Positions 47,977 through 56,145 of a DNA stretch of 64,000 nt are shown here, in pieces. Made by a program: the position numbers and the translations under genes. This stretch comes from an uncultured delta proteobacterium. Its GTDB lineage: Bacteria; Desulfobacterota; Binatia; Binatales; Binataceae. The notes below the pieces were generated by a model. The model was not told the DNA's origin. It did no database searches and worked only from the letters and a program-made list of their open reading frames with translations. Numbering within the stretch: the stretch's first letter is position 1; each line of letters starts with the position of its first letter. Location: positions 107,471 through 171,470 of the forward strand of contig CAWJFQ010000010.1 of the NCBI GenBank assembly GCA_963842215.1. The letters run 5' to 3'.

Positions 47977-48822
47977 TCAAGCACGCGGCCAGGTCGCAAC
48001 GGCACGGCGCGTCACCTTGCGGCCGTGGCGCAAATCGTACCCTATCACCGACCCGTCAAGAAGCCCCGACGCTTTTGCAGCGCCCTCGCCGGCGCCCGCG
48101 TCGTCATCGAATTCCTGGTCGGCGCTGACGTAGAGCATCAGCACGCCGCCCGGCCGTAGCGCCCTGCCGGCAATCTCGAAAATTGCGCGCGGATTACCGA
48201 CCGCGCGAGCGGTGACGAGATCGAATCCGTCGCGAACGTCGATCGACTCGGCGCGCGCGCATTCGACCTGAACATTGCGCAGGCCCATCTCGACCACGGC
48301 TTCATTCAGGTAAGTCGCCCGCTTCCGGCGAGCCTCGACCAGAGTCATCTGCGCATTGATTGCGGCCGCGATCACGAGTCCAGGGAACCCGGCGCCGCTG
48401 CCGATATCCAGAAAGCGCCGCTCACGGTCGAGGCGCGCGTTGAGCCGCAGGATTTTCGAGCTCACGGCAATCGCGATCGGAATAATACTGTCGAAGACGT
48501 GAAACACTATCTCGTCGGCGTCGGTAGGATGGGCTGTCAGGTTGATCTTGGTGCCCCACTGGGCAAGCGTAGCCGCCATCCGCTCGATTCGGTCCAGGAA
48601 CTCAGGTGGCTTGGCGATTACTCCGGTAGCCGAGATTGCGGGAGCAAGCTGAGCCCGCACCCGGGCCGCAATCTCAGACGGGGTATCGGCCTTTTTCTTT
48701 TTTGGAGGGCGCGGCGCGGCCTTATGTTTCACGTGAAACGTCCCCTTTCCGACAGATTCATCCCTATTTTGTTGAGTTATTTTGCAAAATGTTTCACGTG
48801 AAACATTCCTGGAGCGGCTCAA
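47977..48822 (-). CDS. rsmG: 16S rRNA (guanine527-N7)-methyltransferase RsmG (GidB)
   Basis: LAQWGTKINLT, DIGSGAGFPGLVIA and the TLVEARRKRATYL-type block. The TTG start at 48822 overlaps the mnmG stop. The N-terminal roughly 60 aa is a low-complexity extension containing two parS sites, so the true start is uncertain. Confidence 0.8.
   Translation of the reverse strand: MSRSRNVSRETFCKITQQNRDESVGKGTFHVKHKAAPRPPKKKKADTPSEIAARVRAQLAPAISATGVIAKPPEFLDRIERMAATLAQWGTKINLTAHPTDADEIVFHVFDSIIPIAIAVSSKILRLNARLDRERRFLDIGSGAGFPGLVIAAAINAQMTLVEARRKRATYLNEAVVEMGLRNVQVECARAESIDVRDGFDLVTARAVGNPRAIFEIAGRALRPGGVLMLYVSADQEFDDDAGAGEGAAKASGLLDGSVIGYDLRHGRKVTRRAVATWPRA
48725..48740. other. parS site 3 (TGTTTCACGTGAAACG)
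   Basis: Matches consensus at 15 of 16 positions. Lies inside the 5' extension of the rsmG ORF, where it encodes TFHVKH. Confidence 0.8.
48790..48805. other. parS site 4 (TGTTTCACGTGAAACA)
   Basis: Matches consensus at 16 of 16 positions. Lies inside the first codons of the rsmG ORF, where it encodes NVSRETF. Confidence 0.9.
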
Positions 48823-50696
48823 ATGGCGCGAGCGTTGCGGTCACGGCGACTCTTTATATGGACGGCAAGGATAGAGATTGCCGCCGGAGTTATCCCTGGC
48901 ATCCGGGCAGCCTGTCCCAGCGATCGCGGCCGCACGGTGGACAGCCGCTCGGAAACCTCGGTCGAAAGGCCCATCACGCCCTTGAAATCTACCCATTCCG
49001 GTATCGTCGTGTCCTCGAGGCGCGACAGACGCTCGACCGTCTCGACCTGTCGGCGAACGTAACCCTCGTATTTGATCTCGGTTTCCAGTTCCGCAGCTTC
49101 GTCGAGGTTCAACGTCGACTCGAGGCCGCCCATCTTGATCAAAGCGTCGTAGCCGACTTCCGGACGCTTCAGCAGCTCGATCGCACGCACCGGCTGCCCA
49201 ATTGGAGTTGAACCCAAAGCCGCAATTGCGCCGTTGACCTCGTCGGAGGCTGGTATCAGCACGGCCTTGAGACGCTCAATCTCGCGGCGCACGGCTTCGG
49301 TTTTCGCGCGAACGCGAGCGCCGGCCGACGCGTCGAGCAGGCCCAGCCGCTCGCCGATCGGCGACAACCGCCGGTCCGCATTGTCCTCGCGCAGGAGCAG
49401 GCGATACTCGGCGCGCGAGGTGAACATCCGGTATGGCTCGCCGCCAATCCCGCGGGTCACCAAGTCGTCGATCATCACCCCGATGTACGCCTGGTCGCGG
49501 CGCAGAATTAGCGCGGGCTCGCCGCGGACCTGGAGCGCGGCGTTGATTCCCGCGACCAGACCCTGTGCGCCAGCCTCCTCGTAGCCGGTCGTGCCGTTGA
49601 TCTGGCCTGCGAAGAATAGCCCCCGCACCAGCTTGGTCTCCAGCGACGGCGTCAACTGGGTCGGGTCCGAAAAATCATACTCGATTGCGTAACCGGGCCG
49701 CATTATTTCCGCCTGCTCCAGGCCGGCGATCGAACGCACCATCGCGAGTTGCACGTCGAGCGGCAGGCTGGTTGAAAGGCCGTTGGGATAGACCTCGATC
49801 GTGTCGCGACCCTCGGGCTCGAGAAAAATCTGGTGGCGTTCCTTGTCCTGGAAGCGCATCACCTTGTCCTCGACCGACGGGCAGTAGCGTGGCCCCTTGC
49901 TCTGGATCACGCCGGAGTACATCGGCGAGCGGTGGATCGCTCCGCGAATTATCTGGTGCGTTCGCGCATTGGTGAAGGTCAGGTGGCAAGCGATCTGATC
50001 CTGCGCGATGCGCGCGGTGCGGAATGAGAACGGCGGCGGTGGCTCGTCACCCGGCTGGATCTCCAATGCGGAGTAGTCGATCGTGCGCGCGTCGAGGCGG
50101 GGGCAGGTACCGGTTTTCAGGCGGCCGATTCGAAAGCCGAGTAGCGCAAGATGGTCGCTCAGTCCCATCGCGGCGAAATCGCCGGCGCGGCCCGCGGAGT
50201 AGTTCTTCATTCCAATATGGACGAGACCCTTCAGGAAGGTGCCGGTCGTGAGGATGACCGCCGGCGCCTCGAAGACTTCGCCAATCTGGGATTCGACGCC
50301 GCGCACGGCGCCGTCCTCGACAATCAAGCGCTCGACGCTCGCCTGTCGCACTTGAAGGTTGGCGGTTCGTTCGAGCACGCGCTTGCTGCGTGCCCGATAG
50401 GCGGCCTTGTCGGCCTGTGCGCGCCGAGCGCGAACGGCGGGACCCTTGCGGGTGTTGAGGAAGCGGAACTGGATTCCAGTCTCGTCGGTCGCCAGGCCCA
50501 TCTCGCCGCCGAGCGCGTCGATCTCGCGGACGAGGTGGCCCTTGCCGATGCCGCCGATAGCGGGATTGCAGGACATCTGGCCGATATGGTCGAGGTTGAG
50601 CGTGAGCATCAGGGTGCGCGCACCCATCCGGGCGGCGGCCAGCGCAGCTTCAATCCCGGAGTGGCCGGCGCCGACGATGATGACGTCGTAATGCAT
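48819..50696 (-). CDS. mnmG: tRNA uridine-5-carboxymethylaminomethyl synthesis enzyme MnmG (GidA)
   Basis: YDVIIVGAGHSGIEAALAAARMG FAD motif, MSCNPAIGGIGKGHLVREIDALGG, and a full-length 625 aa. Confidence 0.95.
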   Translation of the reverse strand: MHYDVIIVGAGHSGIEAALAAARMGARTLMLTLNLDHIGQMSCNPAIGGIGKGHLVREIDALGGEMGLATDETGIQFRFLNTRKGPAVRARRAQADKAAYRARSKRVLERTANLQVRQASVERLIVEDGAVRGVESQIGEVFEAPAVILTTGTFLKGLVHIGMKNYSAGRAGDFAAMGLSDHLALLGFRIGRLKTGTCPRLDARTIDYSALEIQPGDEPPPPFSFRTARIAQDQIACHLTFTNARTHQIIRGAIHRSPMYSGVIQSKGPRYCPSVEDKVMRFQDKERHQIFLEPEGRDTIEVYPNGLSTSLPLDVQLAMVRSIAGLEQAEIMRPGYAIEYDFSDPTQLTPSLETKLVRGLFFAGQINGTTGYEEAGAQGLVAGINAALQVRGEPALILRRDQAYIGVMIDDLVTRGIGGEPYRMFTSRAEYRLLLREDNADRRLSPIGERLGLLDASAGARVRAKTEAVRREIERLKAVLIPASDEVNGAIAALGSTPIGQPVRAIELLKRPEVGYDALIKMGGLESTLNLDEAAELETEIKYEGYVRRQVETVERLSRLEDTTIPEWVDFKGVMGLSTEVSERLSTVRPRSLGQAARMPGITPAAISILAVHIKSRRDRNARAI

Positions 50697-50797
50697 TTTG
50701 AAAAGAGATTATGGCCCGCGCGCGACCTCCGCGCAAAGCATGACCACCCTTCTGTCAGTAGAAAAATACTACTATCAGCTTAGTGAGCTTGAGGATG

Positions 50798-52198
50798 CTA
50801 TTTGCCGATGCAGAAGTCGCGGAAGATTGCGTCGAGCACGTCCTCGCCGGTTACTTCGCCGGTAATCGAACCGAGCGCATCGGCGGCGGCCATTATGTCG
50901 ACGGCGACGATCTCCGGCGGCATCGAGGATAGCGCGGAAGTGCGCGCGTTCCTGAGCGCTTCCAGAGCTATCGCCAGCGCGTCACGATGGCGCTCGCGTG
51001 AGATTGCGATTCGATCGTTGGAAGTATTCGTCGACGGTGTAATGAGGGCCTCGATTGCTTTGGTCAGCTCGGCGCGCAGCGTTGCGGCTTGCTCGAGATC
51101 GATTGCGGAGAACGGCAGGATGGGAAGGCCGAGACCGTGCTCGCGAAGATCGTTGGCGGAAATCGCGGCGGGAAGATCGCGCTTGTTGAGAATGGCCAGG
51201 CCCTGGCGTTTGGCTGTCAGGCGAATCACATCGAGATCGGCGGGCTCGAGCGGACGCGACGAATCAAACATCGCAACCAGCAGATCAGCTTCGCGCGCCG
51301 AAAGCAGCGTCCGTTCGATTCCGATTCGTTCCACGTCTTCGGTCGTCTCGCGAACGCCGGCGGTGTCGTTGAGAACCAGTGCGTAGGGACCGAGTTGGAC
51401 CGAGTCTTCGATCACGTCGCGGGTGGTGCCGGCGATAGCGGTGACGATGGCACGGTCGGCACCCAGGATAAGATTCATCAGGCTCGATTTGCCGGCATTT
51501 GGCTTGCCGACGATGGTCGCACGGAGTCCTTCACGCATCAGAAGACCCCGGGCAAAGCTGTCGTGCAGGATTGCGACGTCTCCGATCAGTCGTTCGACTT
51601 CTGTAGCGACTTCGCTACGCGACGGAAGTCGAATATCTTCCTCGGAAAAGTCGATTTCGACCTCCAAGTGAGCGCGAATCGCGATAACTTGACTGCGCAA
51701 ATCTGCCACACGCTTCGATAGCTCGCCTGAAAGGTGCGATAACGCAATCGAGATCGCAGAATCGCTACGTGCGGTAATTAAATCGGCGACAGCCTCTGCC
51801 TCGGCTAAATCCACTCGATCATTCAGGAAGGCGCGGCGGGTGAATTCGCCCGGTTGGGCCATCCTCGCGCCTAAAGCGATAGCGGTCGTAATAATGCGGC
51901 GAACTAAAAACGAACCGCCGTGACATTGTATCTCGGCGACATCCTCGCCGGTCAGGCTGGCCGGCTGGCGCATCACGACAGCCAGAGCGCGATCAATGCG
52001 CGCGCCGGTTGTGGGATCGACGATATCGCCCAATCGCATCCGGCGCGGTGTCAGCTCGCCGGGATGCGCTGGGCGAAAGATCGCGCCGAGGATTTCGAAT
52101 GCGCGCGGCCCCGATAGGCGAACTATCGCGACTGCGCCGGTTCCTGGCGCGGTCGCGGGCGCGACGATCGTGTCGGCAGGGTACATCCAGGACTTCAT
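50798..52198 (-). CDS. mnmE: tRNA modification GTPase MnmE (TrmE)
   Basis: DTIVAPATAPG, the G domain GKPNAGKSSLMN...DTAG, and the C-terminal FCIGK motif. Confidence 0.95.
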   Translation of the reverse strand: MKSWMYPADTIVAPATAPGTGAVAIVRLSGPRAFEILGAIFRPAHPGELTPRRMRLGDIVDPTTGARIDRALAVVMRQPASLTGEDVAEIQCHGGSFLVRRIITTAIALGARMAQPGEFTRRAFLNDRVDLAEAEAVADLITARSDSAISIALSHLSGELSKRVADLRSQVIAIRAHLEVEIDFSEEDIRLPSRSEVATEVERLIGDVAILHDSFARGLLMREGLRATIVGKPNAGKSSLMNLILGADRAIVTAIAGTTRDVIEDSVQLGPYALVLNDTAGVRETTEDVERIGIERTLLSAREADLLVAMFDSSRPLEPADLDVIRLTAKRQGLAILNKRDLPAAISANDLREHGLGLPILPFSAIDLEQAATLRAELTKAIEALITPSTNTSNDRIAISRERHRDALAIALEALRNARTSALSSMPPEIVAVDIMAAADALGSITGEVTGEDVLDAIFRDFCIGK

Positions 52199-52202
52199 TG
52201 TA

Positions 52203-52255
52203 TGTGAAGCTCACCGCGGGTTTCAGCAGGGGTGACCCCTGCACCCGGTGAATCG
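52203..52255 (-). repeat. Element A copy 8 (degenerate, inverted)
   Basis: GTGAAGCTCACCGCGGGTTTCAGCAGGGGTGACCCCTGCACCCGGTGAAT. Confidence 0.65.
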
Positions 52256-52260
52256 GAGAA

Positions 52261-52575
52261 GTGCGGCGGCGCTTGCGGGCGAGCTTGAATATCGCGATAA
52301 GCGATCAGATGAGGTTCAGGGATAGCGCGTGGGTGGTGTTGGCAGGCTGGATCCTGGTGGCGCCTTCTGTTGATTGTGCGCGGCGGGGGTTGCAGCGCGA
52401 GACGCCATTGTCGGATTGGGAGCAAGTCGATCGTTTCACGTCGAAGGAGAACTGCGAGGACTATCGGGCGACTGTGATCGAGGCTGAGAAGGACGAGCGC
52501 GGCAACGTTTACGTTGAGCGCTATTCGTATTCGATCTGCGTGCTGGATGATGATCCGCGATTGAAGGAAAAGTAG
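52261..52575 (+). CDS. Hypothetical small protein
   Basis: 104-aa ORF with an alternative start at 52309 (MRFRDSAWVVLAGWILVAP, signal/TM-like). Its last 24 nt recur at 53238-53261. Confidence 0.4.
   Translation: MRRRLRASLNIAISDQMRFRDSAWVVLAGWILVAPSVDCARRGLQRETPLSDWEQVDRFTSKENCEDYRATVIEAEKDERGNVYVERYSYSICVLDDDPRLKEK
52552..52575 (+). repeat. 24-nt direct repeat, left copy (GATCCGCGATTGAAGGAAAAGTAG)
   Basis: Identical at 23 of 24 nt to 53238-53261. Forms the 3' end, including the stop, of the 52261 ORF. Confidence 0.85.
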
Positions 52576-52655
52576 ACGGCATCGACGGGACCAGCACGCG
52601 AGATGTGCGCCGATTGCGGCATGAACCTTAACGCGGATTAGCGGAGGATCTGATC

Positions 52656-53042
52656 ATGAGCGGCACCAAGGAGCAGTTTGAAGGCAGCTGTCTGTGTGGT
52701 GCGGTGCGTTTCATCGCAACCGGGGAACCTAAGGGCATATATTGGTGTCATTGCCAAAGTTGCCGGAGGCATACCGGTGCGCCGGTTGCGGTCTTTGTGG
52801 CGTACGAACCACAGGCCTACAAGGTCACCAAAGGCGAGATAACCAAGTTCGATTCCACTCCAGGACAAACGCGGCGCGGCTTTTGCGGGAGGTGCGGATC
52901 AACCTTGACTTGCGAATCCTTGCCCGAGATAACGCTAACGCATTTCCATGTCGGAGCATTCGATTCTGCTGCGCGGCTTCAGCCGAAAAAGCAGTACTTC
53001 GTTGAGGAACGGCTGCTGTGGTTACACATCGCCGACGCGTAG
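52656..53042 (+). CDS. GFA (glutathione-dependent formaldehyde-activating / CENP-V) family protein
   Basis: Zinc-ligand Cys pattern CLCGAVRF...CHCQSCRRHTGAP...FCGRCGS. Confidence 0.8.
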   Translation: MSGTKEQFEGSCLCGAVRFIATGEPKGIYWCHCQSCRRHTGAPVAVFVAYEPQAYKVTKGEITKFDSTPGQTRRGFCGRCGSTLTCESLPEITLTHFHVGAFDSAARLQPKKQYFVEERLLWLHIADA

Positions 53043-53237
53043 GACACGTCGGTCCGCTAGTGATTCAAGTGCGGGATAAAATATGGCTCAGCACGAAACA
53101 GCGCAGATCTGTATTCAGAGATTCCCGGAGTGTTCGACGGGCAGACCGGCTGCCTTTCATTCGATATAGACGTCTTCAAGCCGAGCAGCTTTGAAGCCGC
53201 GCATGCGAAGCTCGGCCAGCGCCTCGGAGGACAAGAC

Positions 53238-53261
53238 GATCCGCGATTGAAGGAGAAGTAG
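53238..53261 (+). repeat. 24-nt direct repeat, right copy (GATCCGCGATTGAAGGAGAAGTAG)
   Basis: See 52552-52575. Here it terminates only a short (no more than 43 codons from a GTG) unannotated reading frame. Confidence 0.85.
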
Positions 53262-53430
53262 TGATCACTTGTGCCGCTTGCTCAAAGGCTCGCGGTATGG
53301 TTCGATTGCGTGTTCGGGGTCGATCAAAAACATCAGACGACTAAGAGAGATTTTACCGGACGAAAGATACCCGACCTACTAACCGACCCTCGCGGTCGGA
53401 ATTCAACTCGAGTGAAGCTGGCCCCGCGCA

Positions 53431-53589
53431 ATGAAAAGGACCTACCAACCGCACAACCGCCGTCGCAAACGAACTCATGGTTTCCTGGCGCGGATGGCCA
53501 CGCCGGGCGGCCGCAAGGTGCTCAAGCGCCGCCGCGCGAAGGGCCGCGCACGCCTTGCTATCTCGATACCGCCCAAGCAGCCGGGCTAA
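53431..53589 (+). CDS. rpmH: 50S ribosomal protein L34
   Basis: Hand translation gives [52 protein letters not shown]. It is below the ORF-track length cutoff. Confidence 0.92.
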   Translation: MKRTYQPHNRRRKRTHGFLARMATPGGRKVLKRRRAKGRARLAISIPPKQPG

Positions 53590-53594
53590 GCCCG

Positions 53595-53969
53595 GTGCGC
53601 GGTCGATCGAGCTTCGCCGCGGCAGACCGGCTGCATCGAAGCGCGGAATTTTTGCGCCTCCAGCGAAACGGCGTGCGTTTCCAGAGTCCCCATTTTGTGG
53701 TGTATGCCGGCATTATCGACGACCCGCCGGCGCGTTCGCGCCTGGGCGTGACGGTGTCGCGCAGAATCGGCAATGCGGTGGTGCGCAACCGGGTAAAGCG
53801 GCGGGTGCGGGAGATTTTTAGAAAAGAGCTGCGCGCGCAGCTACCATTGGGGACATCGATGGTCGTGATCGCCCGGGGCGGAACGGCTGCGCTCGCGTCG
53901 CCGGCCATCGGCGATGAGCTCACGATGGCGGCCCGCAACTTGAGCGGGCGAATCGCGGGGCATGGCTGA
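53595..53969 (+). CDS. rnpA: Ribonuclease P protein component
   Basis: RLGVTVSRRIGNAVVRNRVKRRVREIF block. The GTG at 53595 lies 5 nt after the rpmH stop. ORF-track 53271 is an upstream artefact. Confidence 0.85.
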   Translation: MRGRSSFAAADRLHRSAEFLRLQRNGVRFQSPHFVVYAGIIDDPPARSRLGVTVSRRIGNAVVRNRVKRRVREIFRKELRAQLPLGTSMVVIARGGTAALASPAIGDELTMAARNLSGRIAGHG

Positions 53970-54250
53970 TGGCGATTGCGGATACAGCAGATCGATTGAA
54001 AGCTGCGCCGCGATTTTTCGCGATTGGCGCAGTAGCGATTTATCGGGCGGCGATCTCGCCATTGATTCATGCGATGAACGGGCCGGCTTGCCGGTTCGAG
54101 CCGAGCTGCTCGGTGTACTCACGCGACGCGATCGCGGAACACGGCATAGTTCGCGGCGGCGCGATGGCGTTGTGGCGAGTCGCGCGATGCAACCCGATGG
54201 GTGGGCATGGTTTCGATCCAGTGAATCGCAGAGGAGCGCGGCAAAAGTAA
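53969..54250 (+). CDS. yidD: Membrane protein insertion efficiency factor YidD
   Basis: YRAAISPLI...CRFEPSCSVYSRDAIAEHG...RVARCNP block. The start overlaps the rnpA stop. Confidence 0.88.
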   Translation: MAIADTADRLKAAPRFFAIGAVAIYRAAISPLIHAMNGPACRFEPSCSVYSRDAIAEHGIVRGGAMALWRVARCNPMGGHGFDPVNRRGARQK

Positions 54251-54273
54251 TGTCCAATGCGCGGGTGTCGAAA

Positions 54274-54393
54274 GGCGGAATCCTGAATCGCGCAGGGCGC
54301 TGTATTTGGACCCTCACCTTCATCCTCTCCCATACAGGGAGAGGAGACAGAGCGGACCTGTACACCTCCTCTCACAGGGAGAGGAGACAGAGG
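54274..54393 (+). repeat. Element B copy plus extra hairpin, in the yidD-yidC spacer
   Basis: GGCGGAATCCTGAATCGCGCAGGGCGCTGTATTTGGACCCTCACCTTCATCCTCTCCCATACAGGGAGAGGAGACAG, then CCTCCTCTCACAGGGAGAGGAG. Confidence 0.85.
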
Positions 54394-54402
54394 AACTGAA
54401 TT

Positions 54403-56145
54403 TTGGATTCGAGTCGAGTTCTGATCGCGGTCATTATTTCCATCGTCCTGGTGGTTGCGTACCAGGAACTGGTGTTGAAGCGATTTTTTCCGCCGCCGAC
54501 CGAGCAGCAGCAGAAGGCTGCTGAGCAGGCGAAGAAAGCTGCGCAGGGTCAGTCGCTGGGTAGTGGGCAAGCGACCGCATTGCCGGGAGTCGCGACCGCA
54601 GGCGGTGCAATCGGATCGACCACGGTGGCTCCTGGAGCTGCCAGTACCGCGGCGCCCGCCGGACAGCAGTCGACTGCGATGACGCCGTCAATGGCTTTGG
54701 TGCCTGAGAAAACGGTCGAGGTGGATTCGGATTATTACGTCGCCGTTTTCACGACGCATGGCGGGCGGCTCAAGAGTTTTGTGCTCGACCGTTATCGGCA
54801 GGCAGCGGCCATGGACAGTCCGCGCTACGAAATGGTCACAGTGCAGCCGGGAGGGCATTTGCCGCTCGGCGCGGTAATCACGCGTGGCGGGGAGATTTTC
54901 GACGATCGCGATCTCAACTACGACACGAATGCACCGGCGCTGATCAAACCCGCAGCGGGGGCGGATGCGACGCTGGTGTTCACCACCAAGGCGCCGGACG
55001 GCACTGCTATCAGCAAGACTTTCACCTTCAAGCCGTCGAGCTACGTATTCTCGATCGACGTAAAGGCTTCGGGCGGGCCGGCTTTTAGCCAGCTCGGCGT
55101 GTCGATGAGCCAGCCACTGACGGCCCATCAGGGGTATTACGATATCCCCGAGCTGCAGGCCGACGTGTCCGACAAGGTAATCACGGAGAACGAGAAGAAG
55201 CTGAAGGCGCTGAAGCCGGAAGAGTCGACGCGCAGCGGACCGATCACGTACGCGGGCTTCGGCGATCGATACTTCCTGTCCGTGTTCCTGCCGCAACAGC
55301 CGACGAGCGGCACGCTTTCGATGGCGTTCGCGGGTGACGAGGCTATCGCGCGGCTGCTGTTCGACGGCGCCGCGCAGGTCCATAGCGAAATCTACATGGG
55401 GCCGAAGCTGCTGGAGGCATTGGACGCGGTAAATCCGGCGCTGCACAAAGCGATCGATTTCGGCTGGGCGGGAATCCTGGCGCTAATTTTTCTGCGCGCG
55501 CTGAAGCTGTTCCACTACGTCGCGCCCAACTACGGCGTCGATATTATTTTGTTGACGGTGTCGATCCGAATCGCGTTCCTGCCGATTTCAATCAGGAGCC
55601 AGCGCTCGATGATGAAGATGCAGCGGCTGGCGCCGCAGATTGAGCGGCTGCGCGAGAAATACAAGGACAACAACGAGCAGCTGCAAAAAGAGATGGTCGA
55701 TTTGTACAAGCGCAATCACGTCAACCCCCTGGGCGGATGCGCGCCGATGGCGCTGCAGTTGCCGATCTTCATCGGGCTGTACGAGGCGCTGTTGAACTCG
55801 GTCGAGCTGCGCCATGCGCCGTTCGTCGGCTGGATAAATGATTTATCGACTCCCGACTGTCTGCATGTGCCGGGCATCCCGCAACTGCCGCTGATGCATT
55901 GCCATGGCCTGCCGGTGCTGGTGCTGCTGATGGGATTGACGAGCTTCCTGCAGCAATACATGACGCCGACTACGCCCGATCCCAATCAGCAACGGATGAT
56001 GATGCTGACGCCGGTGATTTTCACGATAATGCTGATAAACTTTCCCGCGGGACTGGCTTTGTATTATTTTTCGTCCAACCTGCTCGGAGTGATTCAGCAA
56101 TATTTTCTCAACCGCGAATTCCAACAATACACGCCGGCCACATGA
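54403..56145 (+). CDS. yidC: Membrane protein insertase YidC
   Basis: TTG start, N-terminal TM, large periplasmic domain, and the conserved core MQRLAPQIERLREKYKDN...NPLGGCAPMALQLPIFIGLY. Confidence 0.92.
   Translation: MDSSRVLIAVIISIVLVVAYQELVLKRFFPPPTEQQQKAAEQAKKAAQGQSLGSGQATALPGVATAGGAIGSTTVAPGAASTAAPAGQQSTAMTPSMALVPEKTVEVDSDYYVAVFTTHGGRLKSFVLDRYRQAAAMDSPRYEMVTVQPGGHLPLGAVITRGGEIFDDRDLNYDTNAPALIKPAAGADATLVFTTKAPDGTAISKTFTFKPSSYVFSIDVKASGGPAFSQLGVSMSQPLTAHQGYYDIPELQADVSDKVITENEKKLKALKPEESTRSGPITYAGFGDRYFLSVFLPQQPTSGTLSMAFAGDEAIARLLFDGAAQVHSEIYMGPKLLEALDAVNPALHKAIDFGWAGILALIFLRALKLFHYVAPNYGVDIILLTVSIRIAFLPISIRSQRSMMKMQRLAPQIERLREKYKDNNEQLQKEMVDLYKRNHVNPLGGCAPMALQLPIFIGLYEALLNSVELRHAPFVGWINDLSTPDCLHVPGIPQLPLMHCHGLPVLVLLMGLTSFLQQYMTPTTPDPNQQRMMMLTPVIFTIMLINFPAGLALYYFSSNLLGVIQQYFLNREFQQYTPAT

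Noticed and set aside
52199-53430. Looked for oriC (clusters of TTATCCACA-like DnaA boxes, AT-rich unwinding element) between mnmE and rpmH
   Set aside because: I could not find good DnaA-box matches or box clusters by eye. No claim is made.
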